DNA of 64,000 nt, taken from contig OZ024751.1 in NCBI GenBank assembly GCA_964016885.1, positions 38,068,001 to 38,132,000 on the forward strand, given 5' to 3'. Shown here one piece after another: positions 1 to 15,227 of the stretch. Under the pieces are notes generated by a model. The model had not been told where the DNA came from and searched no databases. It saw only the letters and a list, made by a program, of their open reading frames with translations. The position numbers and the translations under genes are program-made. This DNA is from Eledone cirrhosa (Eukaryota). Position 1 is the first letter of the stretch; each line of letters starts with the position of its first letter.

Positions 1-779
1 GAAGAGGTCGGAGATAGAATTTTTTGTTCGTCTCGAATAACTGTTTTTCTGTGTAATTTTCTCTGCTGTTGTTGTTCTTACTCCGACTGTTACTATTCAT
101 ACTATTGCAACCAACACCACCACCACCACTATTACTACTACTACACACGAATATAACAAATTAGGAAATCCCTATACCTTTCCACATTTCATCTTTCATA
201 TCAACTATGGCATTTTCAGTTCCCCCCTCTTTATAGTGTCGAAAGTAAAATAATTGTATAAAAATGGGAAGAAGAAGTAATAAATGTATAAAATATATTT
301 ATATGAAATAAATAAAACAATATAAAAACAGGAGAAAAACCAGAATCTTTGATTAAATGACATCAATTTTACACCATCACTCACGGAATATACTCGTTTG
401 TCCGACCGGAAATTGCTGAAATGAGTGAGAAATTGCATCACATCCGCTTCATCAGTCTATTTTCAAGTGTGCAGGGAGAAAAAAATATTGATAATGGCGA
501 CGTTTGCTACGTTATCACACGAAAAAGGAAATATCATGCTTTCTGTCATGGAGAAGATAATTAATTGTAGTGTCATTAATATTGTGGCGTATGCTTCTTT
601 TTTTAGAGATTTCTCTTAATTAATGTTACACCTTTAACCCTCAAGGAGCTTTGACATGCATGCATATGGGTCGGTCGTACTTTCTATAAAGGAACTGTGT
701 CAATTGCGGTTTTCTATACAAATGATGGCTTCCAGGAAATAAGTTGTTATATAAAAAGTATCCACCGCTCATCATATTC

Positions 780-820
<41 letters not shown>

Positions 821-1051
821 GTGGGCGTGTGCGTGCATGTGAGTGTACATGTATACATACACACATGCATGCCTATATATGTGTATGTATCTAGGAATGT
901 ATTATATAAATGTTTATATATGAACATGTGCGTACATGTTTTTCAGCATATCTAACATGTATTAAAAACTGAAAATTATATATATACACGCTCACACATA
1001 CACATTTATATATATGTTATTCAGGCGGTGCACCGTGGGAAGCATTCGAGG

Positions 1052-1053
<2 letters not shown>

Positions 1054-1145
<92 letters not shown>
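1054..1145. repeat. (GA)n microsatellite
   Basis: Pure GA dinucleotide run; source of the ERERER/LSLSLS ORFs. Confidence 0.97.
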
Positions 1146-1149
<4 letters not shown>

Positions 1150-1221
1150 AAGGTACTGTGTATACCTATGATAGGACAAACACAGCAAAAGCAGGTGTGA
1201 TATATATGATATATATATATC

Positions 1222-1418
1222 AATGATATTAATAAATGGAAACTATCTTTATAAAACCATATTTATTCTATTATATATATTTCAAGTGTAGCAAAACTTA
1301 GGTACGCTCTCATCAGATGAAATACAAAGTTTGTTTTATAAATAGTGTCATAGCCAGAAATATATATAATAGAATAAAGATAGTTATAAATATATTTGTT
1401 GAATTACCAACAAATTAA
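1222..1418 (-). mobile_element. TA-adjacent hammerhead element, family C (homologous to 17927-18184), partial fold-back
   Basis: Shares 'attaa(t/c)aaatggaaactat.tttataaaaccatatttatt...tcatcagat.aaat' with 18021-18120; 1357-1378 is an inverted copy of about 1262-1283. Confidence 0.75.
1265..1323 (-). ncRNA. Type I hammerhead ribozyme
   Basis: Minus strand: atttcat CTGATGA gagcgta..tacactt GAA ATATATAT A atagaat; palindromic stem III, AUA triplet, imperfect stems I and II. Confidence 0.7.
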
Positions 1419-1432
1419 ATATCCCTTTGCTT

Positions 1433-1464
<32 letters not shown>

Positions 1465-1466
1465 TA

Positions 1467-1683
1467 TAGAAGTGGTTACACAACAGTTAGTTCACCATAC
1501 TGAGAACAATTGTTTCACCTTAGCGGAACCTCAGCTCGTAATACACGAGCTGAGGATCCGCTACGGTGAAACAATTGTTCTCGGTATGTTGAACTAACTG
1601 TTGTGTAACCACTTCTACCTAACTCGTCCCATGGACTGAGTGCTCTACCACTACGGATATTACCTTCCAGTGTTCTACCACTA
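1467..1683 (+). mobile_element. TA-embedded fold-back hammerhead element, family D
   Basis: 151-bp near-perfect palindrome 1467-1617 (loop AATAC 1540-1544) plus a unique 3' tail 1618-1683; (TA)n on both sides. Confidence 0.88.
1546..1583 (+). ncRNA. Minimal type I hammerhead ribozyme
   Basis: cgag CTGAGGA t ccg cta cgg t GAA ACAATTGT T ctcg; all core nucleotides present, palindromic stem III, GUU triplet (predicted cut after 1579). Confidence 0.9.
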
Positions 1684-1687
1684 TATA

Positions 1688-1743
<56 letters not shown>

Positions 1744-1983
1744 AATAGTGTGTAAGACTATCTTACAATTCTTAACATTTCCTTTGTCGATAGAATCCGA
1801 TTATGCGAGAGTCGCAAATATTACGTTGCCAGATATATCTTAGCGGCTACGAATGGCTGGAAAGCTAATTACAACAAGCATTGTTTTAGAAAACATTGGT
1901 TCTTACCATTTTCCTAACACACGATGTCTCATACATGGCAGAGCAATCATTTTAGTAGATTCATAACTCTCTCTCTCTCTCTT

Positions 1984-2025
<42 letters not shown>

Positions 2026-2603
2026 CATATATAAGCGCGTGTGTATATTTACATACATATGGACACACACATACACAAACATATATTCATACTGACTTGC
2101 TGAAGTCAGAGATTTTCCTACGAATATAAAATCCGTGCAGGAAGAAAGAAGAGACGACAACAACAACAACGACAATAACAACAAGGGCGACAATAACAAC
2201 GGCAACTGTGATGCGATGTGATAGCGTGAAGTTGAAGTGATCAATAATACGCTTATGTATTGATACACTAGGTCAAGAGAAATAATTTGATTGTTAATAT
2301 CATCTTGTGTAAGCTTAGCCAATATTTTCATAACTCTTTGTTAGCATTATAACTTTTCAATTAGTCACCTTGAGACTCTGTTAATCGCACACTTGTATCA
2401 AGAATATTTCAGCACCCGATCTCATTTGTAATTCCATTACAATTTACTGATAAATATAACCGTAAAATTAGTGTACTCTATACGAGGCTACAAGACAATA
2501 GTAAATAAGTCACGTCACTGTCATAAACTCCTAATAAAAAGAAAGAAATATAGAAAACTAGCAGAAATATCGCACATGTTTCTACTAGTCTCTCTCTCTC
2601 TCT

Positions 2604-2666
<63 letters not shown>

Positions 2667-3700
2667 GTGCCTGTGTTTGCGTGTGAATTTGTGACTATTT
2701 AGCTTCCCTTTTTGCTACAAATATTAGGAATCTACTCACTATTGGTACTCCTGCTCAATCTTATACTATATATATATGCATATATGCATACATACATAAG
2801 TTCTTACATATATACATACGTATATACATACATACATGTATGCATGTTTACATAAATAACTATATACACACACGCATACTTACATGCAAACCTCTTAAAA
2901 TATCACGAATTCACAGCCGAACAACTTTAACGTTCACTATAGTAACAAGCACATTTATTTAACTCCTAATAAAAAGAAAACGCTTCATAACTTCATATCT
3001 ATATTGTACAAACAAACAAACAAAAAAAATATCTATATATATATATATATATATTTCACTACTGTTATATATTTCCTTCTATATGAATATTAATGTTTCA
3101 AACGGTGCGATGAACAATATTTCGACTAATTATAGAACTTCTACACCACATATAATTTTTTTTTTATCTGAAGTGAAGTACTGTGGAAAAAATTACTGGT
3201 TATATATATATCGAGAGAGAGAAATCTGTTTTATATATACATTATATATATATATATATATGTTATACCCATATTTATGTGTGTGTTTATATCTTATATA
3301 AACACATACATATTTGTACAAGATATATGTTATTTTTTATACACATAAAGCCCATGTTAAATACTAATCCGTTTATGAATATATGCATATAATTACAGCT
3401 GTTTGTTTTCTTGTGAGATGGGACATGTGTTTCACTGTTTAGCTTATAAGTGTATTTAACCATTCCCATCTACAGCGCATTAAGGCTCTGCAATACATCT
3501 TTGAAGTGTAGCTCTGGCTTCTATGGCTTTATGTGGCTATTACCATCCTTTCAATAGTACCAATTAATTTACACACACCTACACACAAATATATAGATAA
3601 ACATATATATATAGAGAGAGAAAGAGAGAGGCATACATACTCACACAATTCTCTCTCCCTTATATATATATAAATATATATACATACGTATCTGTATACA

Positions 3701-3762
<62 letters not shown>

Positions 3763-3810
3763 CATACAGATTCGTATATATATATATATATATATATGTA
3801 TACATACACA

Positions 3811-3854
<44 letters not shown>

Positions 3855-4898
3855 AATCTGTTTGTTTATTGCAATATTTTTTGTTAATGTTAATGCTTAC
3901 TATGTATTGTACAGTTTAAGAGGAGGAATATATTCTAGACTTATTATAAAAAATAAAAAAAATAAGAAGAAAGCATGGCATGTTTATCATAATTGCTTCC
4001 CCTTTATCGTTGCGGGCAATTGCAAATGGGATTATTGAAGAATGCGTCCTTAAGGGAATATTAATAGTCGCAGTGGTAGTTATAACAATGATGATTATGA
4101 TGATAGTGATAATAACAATTATAAATATAATAACAATAATAATAATATCAACAATAATAATATCAACAATAATATTATCAACATATGTTGAGGATAAAAC
4201 AAATATCGAATAATACCACCCAACACCAATTTGTCAGCAGATAGTATCCTTTTGAGCACGTTGAGGAATTTATCAAATATTTAAATGGAATTTTACCAGC
4301 ACAAAACAAAATCAATTTATAAAGAATATGTGAAAGGAAAACTAAAAAGTAAATCTACCTTGAAAGGGGAAAAATATGTCTCGGTAGATCCATGAATATT
4401 AACTGATAAAAGGGGCTAAGAACAACAATAACAATATCAAGAACAAAATGAAAATCAAAGGCTTTAGAAGCAACAAAAAAGGAACATTCTCAGAAATGGC
4501 AAAAAAAAAAAATGTAAATAAATAAGTAAAATAAAAATTCGCAAAAATATATAAAGAAGCAGCCGCCATTAGTAGCCACACCACCACCAACAACACTAAA
4601 AAAAAACAATACCAACTCCAAAATAACAAGATTAACAATAACATTCACAAGATCTCGTTTCTTTCGAGAGCAATAGCGATAACAAACGTGTACACTAATT
4701 AAGCATAACCAGCAGACAATCACATAACGTCCCTTTTAAGTAGGCCTCCTTTGTTCTTGCTTTGCGTATACTCCTTATACATTTTGTATATAAAGAATAT
4801 ATATGTATATATTGTAATTATTATTGTTATTGTGTAGATTGATGTGAAGAGAGAATAAGGCTGGAGTGAAAAAATACTTTCTTGGCGTTATAAAGCGT

Positions 4899-4996
<98 letters not shown>

Positions 4997-6771
4997 CTGA
5001 TATAATTGTACATATTAACATATTTAAGGTGAAGTGGTGAGTGGGAGTAGCAGTTTATGGCTGCCGTGAAAATGATGTATTTACAATTCCCGTGCGTTAT
5101 TATGTGCCTATCGTAAATAAGCAGCCTGTTTTAATGAATTGCAAGGCTATATTGTCGTCTTTTGATATATTTGTTTCAATTCAGTTGTGACGATGTAGAC
5201 TTAATGACATACAAACGTACACATGTAGGCTCACCCACACTTACCACACGTATATATTTAAATATATGTACATATATATTGGTATAGGTAAGGTGGGGTA
5301 CGTTTGCTTTGTACTTTAGCATGAATATTGCAAACAAGTTTTAAGTAGTGTGCATTTTTTAAATGCGGAAATTGTAGTAAAAATAATTATAATAATATAA
5401 CATGAAACAATCTAAATGCATTAGTCAACATACGCCATTAACGTTGAAATCATGTTTCTAAAAAGGAAAATTAAAAGAAAAATGGTTACGCATATTAAAT
5501 AAGGATGGTAAATTTGAAATGGTATAGAAAATATGACATGAAAATCGAGAGAATATAAATAAAATAAGGCATGAGTCATTAAAATATAGAAATTATTTCA
5601 ATCTATGTTACTGCTGGAGAACACATACTTTTGCTACTGGTATTGTACTTTACTAGAAGTTTTCAAAGTACACGTATTTCAACCCATGAAAGTAAAAGCA
5701 CTGGAAATCTAATTCATATTCTATGGCAGCAACAACATTTTAAATAAAAGACAGGAGCGAAAATGGGTTGTTTGGGCTCAGCTTGAAGTCATCCCTGATA
5801 AGGCAAACAGAGGGTGAGAGGGAGAAATTAAGAGAGTAAGAGAGATAGTAAGAGAGGGTGATAAAGAATAAGAGTGAGGTAGAGATAAAAAAAACAGAAA
5901 TTTCTAGAAATTTCAGAGAAAGTAATACAGAAATGATTAATAATTCATTAATCAATTCATCAAATTCAAAGCAAATCAAGACACAGTCTGTTTAATCAAC
6001 ACAAGGTTTCACTTACAGTAAATAATTCTCTTTTTACTCCCAATCCTGCCCCATTTCCCTTCTCTTTCTTTCCTTTGTTCACATTCGAGCCTTCATTCAG
6101 TTTATTTGTCCTTTTTTCTATTATGTCATTCATCAACTTGTCTCACTCAAATTTCAAATGAAATTTTCCTCTTAATTTTCATCTAATTTTACTTTTATTT
6201 ATGCATATATACACACACACAGACACAGATATACAAAAACATACATACACACATACACATATAAACACGTACACACATACATACATGAAGACAGACACAC
6301 ATATATGTATATATGTATGCTTATATGTATGAATGCGTGTGTGAGTGTGAAAATATGTGTATGTGTGGATACGTATGTTATATGTGCAGGTTTGTCCACA
6401 TATGTGTTCAAGTGTATTCTGTCTGTAGTTACATGTCAAAACGTTTATATACTAAGCTGACACATTTTGCATTTTACCATTTTACCAATTCCTCTTGAGA
6501 GATTATCTGGAATTGACAGGACAATATATGGATCCATTTTTAATACCACAGATTAAAAGGCAGCTGAAGTATTCTTGCTTCTTGATTCTATTTATCTCGC
6601 CATCCCCTCTCTTCTTCCCAGCGGTTTACTATTGCTAAAGTCTTGCTATTCTGACTAACGTTTTGGCTCTGACAGGTGACTATGCCATTGGCTAAGCTTT
6701 GTACAATTTATTAATTACGGAAAAATTCTATATATGCATCCTGCATATATACACTTGTGTAAATACGCAAT

Positions 6772-6853
<82 letters not shown>

Positions 6854-6919
6854 ATATATAGAGAGAGAGATGTGTATGACTATCCTTTAATCTCTTTCTT
6901 TACACACAGACACACACAA

Positions 6920-6998
<79 letters not shown>

Positions 6999-7386
6999 TA
7001 CACACAAACATCTACGCACACATATACATGTATACATAACATTGTCTGCCCTCTGTTGTTGCTGCTATGTAAGCTAAGGGAAATTAAGTATCACGTGGTA
7101 TTGGAATAGAGACGATTAATCAAAGTTCATCAATAGGAGTTCAATATACCATCCTGACCAAAATAAATGATAAATTTTTAAGCAATCCTTTAAATACTCA
7201 TTAATAAAATAACACACACCCATACATACATACATACATACATGCATACACACATACATATACACACGTATATATATATATACGTTTATATAGATGTAAG
7301 ATTCTCTAATGTGTACCACACACACGCACACATATATGTATGTATATATATATCTATATATATATCTATATACATACATACATACA

Positions 7387-7667
<281 letters not shown>

Positions 7668-8219
7668 ATATATATATATGTATATATATATTTATAAATA
7701 TGTCACTGCGGTACCTCTAAGATTCCATCAGAAGTTACAAGCCCTTACATACACGTTACAAGCCCTTACATACACACAGACACATATTAAATACATGCAT
7801 TTATTCGGCATGCATTCAGTTCATTTTTAGCTTGTCCATATACACTAAGGTGTTGTATATTAGAGAGAGAGCATTGCGTAGGATGTTGTATAATGATGTA
7901 GGAAATGTATAAATAGTGTAGGATGTTCAAGAGGCAAATAAGACATAACGAGACGAAATTGTTTGCAATTAATGATGACAACATCTGATGGCATTTCCTA
8001 ATTAAAAGAAATTAGTAGCCTTAATGGAATTCATTGAGAGGAATTGAATAAGCCGTTAACATTGACCTCATCAACTGGCATTAATAATTGCTGTGTATTA
8101 ACAATACCAGAGGTCCATTCAGGTTAACAGCATTTTCAATTTCTCGAGTAAATTAGTTGCATTACTGAAAAATGTTAACTTGTAGAGTAGAGAGAGATTC
8201 GTTGACATTAAGACTTTAA

Positions 8220-8288
<69 letters not shown>

Positions 8289-8290
<2 letters not shown>

Positions 8291-8545
8291 GTAGGAGGTG
8301 AGTTTTATTGTAGTACAATAAAGCAATGCAGATATCGGATAAGAAGCACTCTACAGTTTGTGGGACTGGAGTATGCATAATATAAGATCAAAAGATGGTT
8401 AAAGGAGTTCCATATATTTTATTATGCGCATTTCAAAGACAAACATCATCAAGCAATAATATTTGTGTTTTCAACAGATAAAACAGGAGAACATGATATG
8501 AAGGCTAAAAAACACTTGTTGATAGTGCAGTTTTTAATCAACATA
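8289..8545 (-). mobile_element. TA-embedded hammerhead element, family E (near-identical to 62988-63277), not folded back
   Basis: Flanked by (TA)n; hammerhead at 8417-8483 with a mutated core (CTGTTGA), stem III ATGCGCAT, AUA triplet. Confidence 0.88.
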
Positions 8546-8650
8546 TCATATATATATATATGCACCACCACCACCACCCCACTCTCAAGAGCGTGAAACT
8601 AATAAACCTTTGCTCGAACTGCCTCTCTGTTTTGTTCCCGTTCAATTTTT

Positions 8651-8792
<142 letters not shown>

Positions 8793-8974
8793 ATCCATGT
8801 AGCTGAAGCAGTAAAATAGCATGGTTCAGGATTGGGCTTATTTAGAAAGGAGTATACGAGACTGGTATGTGTATTGTACATTGTGTATAACTTCATTTTC
8901 AACATAGTGTGTGTGAGTGTGAGTGTGAGTGCGTGTGTGTGTGTGTGCACATATATTTCTTTTTCCCCTCGTGT

Positions 8975-9175
8975 TGGTAGAATCGTAGAGAGCGTCGGAG
9001 AACATATTTTGCGGCATTTTTCTCGCTCTATATAATCGGTGTTCAAGTAACGTCGAGATCAATTTTGCTTTTCGTCTTTCCAGGGTCGATAAAATATTGT
9101 ACCTGTCATAAACTGGGTTGATTTAATTAACTTTTCTCTCTACTCAAAGTGCTGGCGTTGTGTCTAAATTGGAAT
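8975..9175 (+). mobile_element. Old degenerate tRNA-derived SINE
   Basis: 'ttggtagaatcgtagagagcgtcgga...gttcaagt..cgtcgagatcaattttgcttttcgtctttccagggtcgataaaata' resembles the young SINE family in this window. Confidence 0.7.
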
Positions 9176-9711
9176 AACCCATTATTTGCAAGTGTGAGTG
9201 TATTTTTCTTGGTTAAAAATTAATATTGTCTATGGGTGTTTGATAGGAAAAGAAACATCAAATATTTCAAGGGATTTTCCCCCGTTAAGTCTTGCTTTGG
9301 CTTTGTGGTCCAACAAATAGACTTACTATTTTTAAGAGAGACTTTGTAAGAAAATGTGTATATGAAGATAAGATGGGTCTATTGAATCGGGACTAATAAT
9401 ATTGTATCGTGTAACTATTATAGATTAGTCCTTATTTAAATTTATCCTGATCAATCAAACTTGCGAAACGGTTGTGAAACAATGAAATAATTAAGCACTA
9501 AACATCGCTTTTTATTTTCCCTGTCCAACATACACATAAATGATTCTGTTGCTCGTTTGATTGGTCAACGATGTCCAATATGATGATAACCTTCTACACC
9601 AAAACCCTTATCACCTGAGATTTTGGGAATTTTAACTTTTGTATTACCAGGAGTTGTAACAGCGTAATTGCCGCTACTATAAGCAGGTAGATATCAGATT
9701 CTTTCACCCAC

Positions 9712-9828
<117 letters not shown>

Positions 9829-11316
9829 TCAAATGTGTACATATTTATGTGTGCATGTGTGAGTCAGCGTTCTTTTGAATGTCCTCCAGAATAAACGAGA
9901 AACTAATGTCAAAGTTTGGTAAGCTAATTAAAAGGTGATCCGTTACAGACCAACACACGCATTGTGTCAAATATAAATAGATACAGCTTCATGGTTTACT
10001 TGTTTAAAACATGAGATATCTGTTATGAACTGGATTATAACATGTTTGTATATAACCAACCTCACCCTTCTATGTCGTGTATGGAGCAGTTTATAATTTA
10101 CCATATGGTAAATAAAGTAGAATTGACAAATAATACGTAAATATTATAACGTAGAAATCATGAATTACATTATTTTTAATGATAAAATCAACATATATCC
10201 AATCTAGAAGCATAAACGTCTGTAGAGAACGCTGAATTTTGTATGAAAGCAGTTTAGAACACTTATCCCCCAAAACTTTTGTTTTACGTTTGTGTTTCTG
10301 ATATTCGAAACAATGATTTTAGCAGGCCCTAGCGTTCATATGACAGTCGACAAAAAAGCCTCTTCAGTTATTATAATACAGATTAAGAAAAATACATAAT
10401 TAAATCAACATGTATAAATTATGAAGGAAATATTTTTCGAATTGATAAAAAATGCATATATTCACCCTAAAAACATTAACTTCTATACTTAAAATTACAT
10501 CAATTTCTGTAGATAAACGTATTTATTGAAACATTTGCTTCCGAATTATTGGCTGCTATTGGCTACATTCCACTGATGAGTTGTGGTGATCATCAGCAAA
10601 AATGTCTACCTATTGATAACAGGTTAGTATTGAAATATTGTCTCCATAATGATTGGCAACGATCCAGCGATCGAGTAGGATTATCATAGAACCATATTTT
10701 CATGACCAAAAGTCGTTTAATGTTTGTAGCTGAAATTGGAAAAATTCCAACATTGAATACCATCAAATTTATGATTCATTCATTCATTCATTCCCTAATG
10801 TTTTATAGCAGTATTAACAAACTATCAATGTTTTAATTTTATAAACCATTGAATGAGAAGTTGATGAATTCTTGGACAGAAGGAGAGAAATAGTCTGTCT
10901 CCGTCTCTTCAGAGGAATAATTTCAAATGTATATTTTATGTAAGGTTTCATCATGTACACAAGAACATAGAAAATAATTGCAATAAAATATTGTATATAG
11001 CGAAATATGAAGAGATAAAAGACCTACCTACGCACATTTTATAGCTGGCTGTAAAAATTGCCGCCCTCAATTATGTTTACACACACACAAACATATATAT
11101 ATTTATTCATATAGAGACACACACACACACATACACACACACACACACGCAGATACAGATACACAGACAGACACATGTACACACATACACACACACATAT
11201 ACACAGACAGACACACATACACACAGACACACACACACATGCATAAACATGAATACATACAGAGACATATATATGTATACAAATGTATACATATACAGCC
11301 ATATATATATATACAT

Positions 11317-11351
<35 letters not shown>

Positions 11352-11735
11352 AATATATATATATGTGTGTGTGTGTGTATGTGTTTGTGTGTATGTATGT
11401 ATACATACCTATACACGCAAACACATATATATTAAAATGTTAACGTTACCCTTAATACGACTAGCTTATTTTTACCGAAACGTATTCCGAATCACTACAC
11501 ACGCGCATACACACACACACACACAGAATACACAACACACACAACACACACAGCTATGAGCTATGATTATGCATTGATGTTTGTATATTGTTCAAATATG
11601 TTGACATGAACTGAAATAGAGGAGTTTAATTATAACTACTTAAGGCACGTTAATGTCTCATTTACATAGAAGTCAATAGTATTATAGACATTGTGACGTC
11701 CAGTTGTTTTCACTTGTACTCACCTTCACACACAA

Positions 11736-11804
<69 letters not shown>

Positions 11805-12361
11805 TGTTGTATGTTTATTTTATAATATATATATGTGTACGTATGCATCTATATTTTATAATATATATGTTTGTATATTTTGTAATAAATATTTGTGTGC
11901 CTATGTATGTATATTTTATAATACATATGTTTGTATATTTTGCAATAAATGTATTCGTATGTATGTATATTTTATAATATGTATGTATATATATATTTTT
12001 TGTATATGCATATATATACATGCATATGCATGTTTGTGTTTGTATGTTTCTCAATATATAAGCGTTTGTATATCTATATATTGCTGTATTAAAACAGTTT
12101 AATAGGTGTATATACAACGATACAATGCATTTATTGAAACTGTTTATTTGGAAATATTTTATACTACGTGAAAGGATGAAAGAATTTGATATTGCAGTAT
12201 TATTTGATGTGTAGGTTTGTATAATTGTAACAAGAACTTAACTGAAATAACACTTATAGTAAAATAAACACATACCCAACACGTTGCTTGATGTTGACTG
12301 GAAACACCAAAAAACTACAATGTCAATTGTTTGAATTATATATTTCTAAATAATATCGAAA

Positions 12362-12502
12362 TTATTAACATTTCTAATACGTGATATCCATATTGAACAC
12401 ACGGCCAGTAATTTAACATTTCTAATATATATCTATATTGAACATACGGCCAGCGATTTAACATTTCTAATGCAATATCTATATTGAGTTCAAGGCCAGC
12501 AA
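12362..12502. repeat. About 43-bp tandem repeat, 3 copies
   Basis: 'ttaacatttctaat...atc(c/t)atattga....ggccag' repeated three times. Confidence 0.8.
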
Positions 12503-12629
12503 TCCTTAAACGGAAGTCAACTAGATTAACCCCTATAATAGTAAAATGGCTGGAACCGCCCAGGGTTATATACTTTAAAGCTATTTGTTTTAATCTGCTT
12601 ATATTTAAATGTAAACATTCTATGATAAT

Positions 12630-12808
12630 ATTGCTTCTACTTTTGGCACAAGGCCCGCAATTTTCCCAGTGTATTACTGGTACTTTATTTTATAGACCCC
12701 GTAAGGATGAAACGCAAAGTTAACCTCGGCGGGATTTGAACTCAGACCATAAAGGGCCGTAACTCCTTGCTGCAAAGCATGGCGTCCGACCCTCTACCGA
12801 TACTGCGA
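12630..12808 (-). mobile_element. tRNA-derived SINE (young family)
   Basis: Minus strand: A box-like (c)gcagtatcgg, B box gagttcaaatcc, central 'tttgc.tttcatccttacggggtc.ataaaataaagtaccag'; several copies in the window. Confidence 0.9.
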
Positions 12809-13057
12809 AAGAAGTAAAATATATTACTAAATTTCTCCAAATTTGTTTTATTATTTTCACAGTTATTTCAAAACCATAGACATTGACAAACATTGTATAA
12901 GGATAGTAAGTGTGGTGGATGTGTGCTGGGTGACTCTTGGTGAAATAGCTGCCACCCGCAGAGGTTCGAACCAGCTTCGTTAGGCCAACGCTGCTCTTGC
13001 ATTCGTCGTCCTCATCCGGCATGATGTTTGTAAATTGTGGTGTTTCAGAAGACAGGC

Positions 13058-13095
<38 letters not shown>

Positions 13096-13846
13096 ATATA
13101 AAACGACAATACCTGCTGAAGAATATCACATTTCCCTATATAGGAATCGAACCCACAATCTTATTGTTATACGAATATTCTAACCGTTAAGCTACATGGC
13201 TACACTATAGTGTTTTACGTCGGCCTGTTGTTCTTGTTAAGAATGAAGTATAGTTTGTAACAATTCTAGAAGTAATTGTTGATAACATAGGTTTTAAACA
13301 TGAAAGCTATATATGATAGTTGCATGGTATTGATTCCTCATTTTAGCGCTTCTTTGATGGCCATTAATTCGCTACTGGCGAATAATTAATATTTTTTCCT
13401 GCTTGTGGCTGCATGCTAGTGCCTCGTTAGTGAACTATATGGTCATGTTGTATGTTTATTTTATGGCTTAATCCGAAGAGAGATGGCGGCACCTATGAAC
13501 CTTCTGCAGGACCTCCCAGATACGAGAGGTGAGAGTGGGGTGGGGTGGGTGGGTTGATCGGTATAGTAAGAGGGTGGGGGAGAAAAATGGATGAAGAAAT
13601 TGTTGGTCTAGTTCGAATGTCTGTAAGAAAGTATAGCCTGCTATATATTACCCAAAGACCAAGGATCCTGCTAAAATGGTTGACAGATAATTCACCGATG
13701 CTGAACTAGTGAGTTATTATATTTCCTGTGACTATAACCTCTGCCTTTACTGAAGTTCTCATGTGATGTTTCAATCTTAGTTAATTTATTACTACAATTC
13801 TCACTTTAAATATGCTCCTTTTAAACGCAAAATAGTTAAATTGTAA

Positions 13847-13945
13847 TGATCGAAAGTATACAATCGCAAATAAAAGCGGTCAAAATGGGATTCCTCCAAA
13901 AGGTTCAGAGTAACGTTACTCGAAAGAAGGCGCAGATCGGAAAAC
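13847..13945 (+). mobile_element. Degenerate RTE-like LINE ORF fragment
   Basis: Translates to MIESIQSQIKAVKMGFLQKV / VTLLERRRRSE across one frameshift, resembling the RTE post-RT motif 'RSRIQAAEMGFLRRVAGVTLLD' (recalled, not searched). Confidence 0.55.
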
Positions 13946-14154
13946 TATGACCCACACCAAATACTATGAATTCATGGTAAGTTTTGAAATTCACTTTAAC
14001 ACATATTTGAGTCTCTGCCATTAGAAATAACTATTACGTCAATATCTAAGAATACCCTGTTATAATATATAATAATAACTTTTATATTAATATGAAAATA
14101 TTAAATAGTTTAATATCTCTCTGTCTCTCTCATATATATATAAATATATATATA

Positions 14155-14359
14155 TAACGAAGGAAATGTGATAAGGAACCAGGTGGACCATAACGCACCA
14201 AAGTACTCAATACTTAGGGTAGTAGAGTGGGTAATAGGAACGAGTAGGACCCCGACGACTGAACTCAAGCCGTTTCGACGGCTAATTCTGGACTAAAAAT
14301 TTTAGTCAAGAATTAGCCGTCGAAACGGCTTGAGCTCAGCCGTCGGGGTCCTACTCGTT

Positions 14360-14364
<5 letters not shown>
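14155..14364 (-). mobile_element. TA-embedded fold-back element, family A (half hammerhead)
   Basis: Tail 14155-14233 plus palindrome 14234-14364; right arm reads GAA ACGGCT tgagctc AGCCGT C ggggtcc (GAAA-stem III-GUC); six related copies in the window. Confidence 0.9.
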
Positions 14365-14427
<63 letters not shown>

Positions 14428-15079
14428 GTCCTATATATACTAATATATATATATGAATGTGTATATATATATTAGTAAATTAATTTATTTCTTGTGTTAT
14501 TCAAAATATAGTAAAATAGCTAAATAAGTAATCATAAATATTTACAACTGTTTCTTCGTATGGCGTGAAATTGAATGACTTCAAATGTAATAATTTAAAA
14601 TATTTTACTATGAACGAACGAAAACAGAAATTTACCAACTGTATTCATCTTGTTTAAATTTAAAGTTGAAAAGGAAAGTATATGTTGTCTGCAATTGCTG
14701 TATCAATTAATCAATCTCCCGTGTTTATCCACCCATTTCAAGCACCTATCTAGTTATCCGTATGTACTTCTATTTATAAACATAAACATATACATGCTGC
14801 ACACTGCCTGTATATATATATATAAACACAGATATATACATATATGACCATATCGGTATGCATGTACACAGATATACGCACACGACTTATTTATGTATAA
14901 ATGTGAAGCAGTTATTATTTCAATGCTGTATAATAAATTCTCTACAGAGTAGTGTATAGAGTATATATATATTTATATGATTTATATAATGTAGTCTAGA
15001 TTAGCTCAGAAATGAGCTGGTTACGATTATTGAGCAAAAAAAAAAAACTTAAACATGACAAATAACGTCGAGTGAGTGA

Positions 15080-15137
<58 letters not shown>

Positions 15138-15182
15138 TTGGTACTACCACCGGCAATCTCATTGAAGCACATACACTATATG

Positions 15183-15227
<45 letters not shown>

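Noticed and set aside
1467-1617. Pre-miRNA or Tc1/mariner MITE interpretation of the palindromes
   Set aside because: One arm always extends into an unpaired tail, turn points vary between copies of a family, and hammerhead cores are present; this fits fold-back retro-insertions better.
10573-10597. CTGATGA...TCATCAG hairpin
   Set aside because: Short isolated inverted repeat with no other ribozyme parts.
12720-12810. tRNA gene interpretation of A/B box sequences
   Set aside because: They are heads of dispersed SINE copies with no complete cloverleaf.
12925-13022. Minus-strand CGGATGA...GAAGCTG...CAGCTA hammerhead-like pattern next to a TA tract
   Set aside because: Two core deviations and no stem I; may be a decayed member but is unsupported.
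13888-13984. Candidate exon (cag...ATG|gtaagt)
   Set aside because: Stops in all three frames from the acceptor, weak polypyrimidine tract, and better explained as an RTE relic.
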